64,000 nt of DNA from Azolla caroliniana (lineage: Eukaryota > Plantae > Polypodiophyta): NCBI GenBank assembly GCA_043228905.1, contig JBHGNT010000007.1, positions 22,568,001-22,632,000 on the forward strand, read 5' to 3'. Positions within the stretch are counted from its first letter, which is position 1, and each line of letters begins with the position of its first letter. Positions 62,165 to 64,000 of the stretch are shown piece after piece. A program made the translations under genes and the position numbers. Below the pieces are notes generated by a model, which worked only from the letters and a program-made list of their open reading frames with translations, made no database searches and had not been told where the DNA came from.

Positions 62165-64000
62165 ATGGAAGGCGGCGGCAGCGGGCAGCCGGGGATGATG
62201 GTGCTGAATGCGCAGAATTACGCCGACTGGAAGATCAAGATGGAGGATCTTCTGATTGTTCGGGACCTGTACGAACCGATTGACAGGTCGGAAATACCGA
62301 AGGGGGTACTTGAGTCGGAATGGAGGCTTCTGAACCGGAAAGCCGTTGCAACCATTCGGCAATACGTCGACGTGAGCGTTCTACAACATGTGGCGAACGA
62401 CACCAACGCATATGAGATGTGGCGGAAGCTGTCGGGCCTCTACGAGAGGAAGAATGCGTTGAACCGGACCTCCCTGATGAGGAAGATAGTGAACCTCAAG
62501 TACCGGGACGGCGAGAGTATGGTGGAACACGTAAGCACGTTCATGGGATTCGTGAACCAGCTTGCGGCGATCAAGTTCCCGCTGGAGGATGCAATGCAAG
62601 CCATCATTCTGATGTGTACATTGCCGGAAAGCTGGGAGAACTTGGTGGTGACTCTCAGCACCTCCTGCACGGAAGATAACTTGTCCCTACAAACGGTAAA
62701 GACAAGTATTTTGAACGAAGAAGCGCGTCGGAGAGATAAAGAACCGGCCTCCGACTCGAAGGCGCTGCTTACCGAATCGGAACGGGGAAGACAATGGAAC
62801 CGGAGTCCGCAAAGACGGGAGAAGTCAGGGACCCGGTCGCAGTCAAGAGGAAGACCCACATGCTTCCACTGTGGGAAGCCGGGGCACTTCCGGAAGAATT
62901 GTCGGCATTACCGAAAGGACAACGGAGCCGACGACACCGATTCGAAGAGGTCACCGGAGAGAAACGGTGCATACCGGGGAGCCACGGACCGGAGAGGTCC
63001 GGATCGGCGAGGGCAGGACCGGAAGGGAACGACGGCACTCGCGGCAAGTGAGGAAGAAATCATGCTCATCACCGAAGAAGGTGAGCTAAACATTGCCGGC
63101 GATGAGACGACCTGGGTGGTCGATTCCGGAGCGTCGTTCCACCTGACCCCGGAGAAGAAATACTTCTCATCCTACACAGCCGGTGAGCACGGCTGTGTTC
63201 GGATGGGAAATGAAGGTACGTGCCGGATCGCCGGCATAGGAGACGTGTGGTTGACAACCCCGACCGGATGCAAAATGCTGCTGAAGGATGTCCGTCACGT
63301 TCCAGAGGTTCGATTGAACCTGATTTCGGCCGGGAGGCTAGACGATGAAGGCTACACAGGTAGCATCCGGAACGGCGTAATGAAGTTCAGCAAAGGGAGC
63401 CTGATAGTGGCTCGGGCCCGGAAGATCAACACACTGTACCTGATGAATGCCCGGTTATGTCCGGAAGAGCTGAATGTGGCAGCCGACACTGCCGGTGAGC
63501 TGTGGCACGAGAGACTGTGCCACATGAGTGAGAAGGGGATGAAGAGGCTTGCAGAAGACAACCTTATTCCAGTGAAGCATGTGCACCTGGAGAAGTGCAC
63601 CGATTGCCTGGCCGGTAAGCAGAACCGAACCTCCTTCCACTCAAGGCCACCGACGAGACGTAGCGCACCATTGGAGTTGGTGCACACCGATGTGTGTCAG
63701 GTAGAAACGAAGTCACATGGCGGAGCCCAGTACTTCGTAACATTCATAGATGATCATAGCCGAAGACTGTGGACGGCACCGATGAAGACAAAGGACCAAG
63801 TGTTGTCCGTCTTCAAAGAACTCCACGCGAGAGTGGAAAGAGAATCCGGCAAGAAGCTGAAAGCGATACGAGCGGATAACGGAGGGGAATACCGGGGACA
63901 GTTCCAGGAGTACTGTCGCTCGAAGGGAATCCGGCTCGAGTTTACTGTGCCGAAGACGCCGGAACTGAACGGGCTGGCCGAGAGGATGAATCTGACCATA
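62165..64000 (+). CDS. Ty1/Copia (Tork/Tnt1-like) gag-pol polyprotein, open to the window edge
   Basis: Single frame from ATG 62165: LNAQNYADWKIKMEDLL, CFHCGKPGHFRKNC, WVVDSGASFH, LWHERLCHMSEKG, PLELVHTDVC, IRADNGGEY, PELNGLAERMN. Absent from the ORF track, consistent with no stop before the edge. Confidence 0.93.
   Translation, partial: MEGGGSGQPGMMVLNAQNYADWKIKMEDLLIVRDLYEPIDRSEIPKGVLESEWRLLNRKAVATIRQYVDVSVLQHVANDTNAYEMWRKLSGLYERKNALNRTSLMRKIVNLKYRDGESMVEHVSTFMGFVNQLAAIKFPLEDAMQAIILMCTLPESWENLVVTLSTSCTEDNLSLQTVKTSILNEEARRRDKEPASDSKALLTESERGRQWNRSPQRREKSGTRSQSRGRPTCFHCGKPGHFRKNCRHYRKDNGADDTDSKRSPERNGAYRGATDRRGPDRRGQDRKGTTALAASEEEIMLITEEGELNIAGDETTWVVDSGASFHLTPEKKYFSSYTAGEHGCVRMGNEGTCRIAGIGDVWLTTPTGCKMLLKDVRHVPEVRLNLISAGRLDDEGYTGSIRNGVMKFSKGSLIVARARKINTLYLMNARLCPEELNVAADTAGELWHERLCHMSEKGMKRLAEDNLIPVKHVHLEKCTDCLAGKQNRTSFHSRPPTRRSAPLELVHTDVCQVETKSHGGAQYFVTFIDDHSRRLWTAPMKTKDQVLSVFKELHARVERESGKKLKAIRADNGGEYRGQFQEYCRSKGIRLEFTVPKTPELNGLAERMNLTI

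Overview
Eukaryotic nuclear DNA from a land plant, probably a non-seed plant such as a fern (inferred from the transposon families and intron style). I can reconstruct five intact protein-coding genes by hand: THADA/TRM732 (4 exons, 2390 aa), RNA polymerase I subunit RPA43 (6 exons, 216 aa), a two-RRM glycine-rich hnRNP/RBGD-like protein (6 exons, one GC-AG intron, 468 aa), an intronless mitochondrial dicarboxylate carrier (DIC/UCP4-5 type, 337 aa) and an RLCK-XV/PTI1-like cytoplasmic kinase with degenerate regulatory residues (4 exons, 322 aa). The rest is mostly transposable-element DNA. This includes a full-length but disabled Ty3/Gypsy element (4571-13122) carrying a nested hAT MITE and a nested solo LTR, Tcn1-like chromovirus remnants, a young Ty1/Copia element running off the right end, L1 fragments, about five copies of an RTE/RTEX-like LINE 3' end, hAT MITEs, tRNA-like SINE heads, minisatellites and microsatellites. 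I found no convincing new multi-gene system. The best leads are signals readable directly in the sequence: a GGAUUUU plus pseudoknot -1 frameshift between protease and RT, 4-bp ACGT-type target duplications for one Gypsy lineage, a Tf1-style self-priming signature in a Tcn1-like LTR, a 14-aa coding minisatellite and an AG|GTGAGT ratchet-like site in THADA, and a candidate pseudokinase. Family assignments come from recognised motifs, not database searches.
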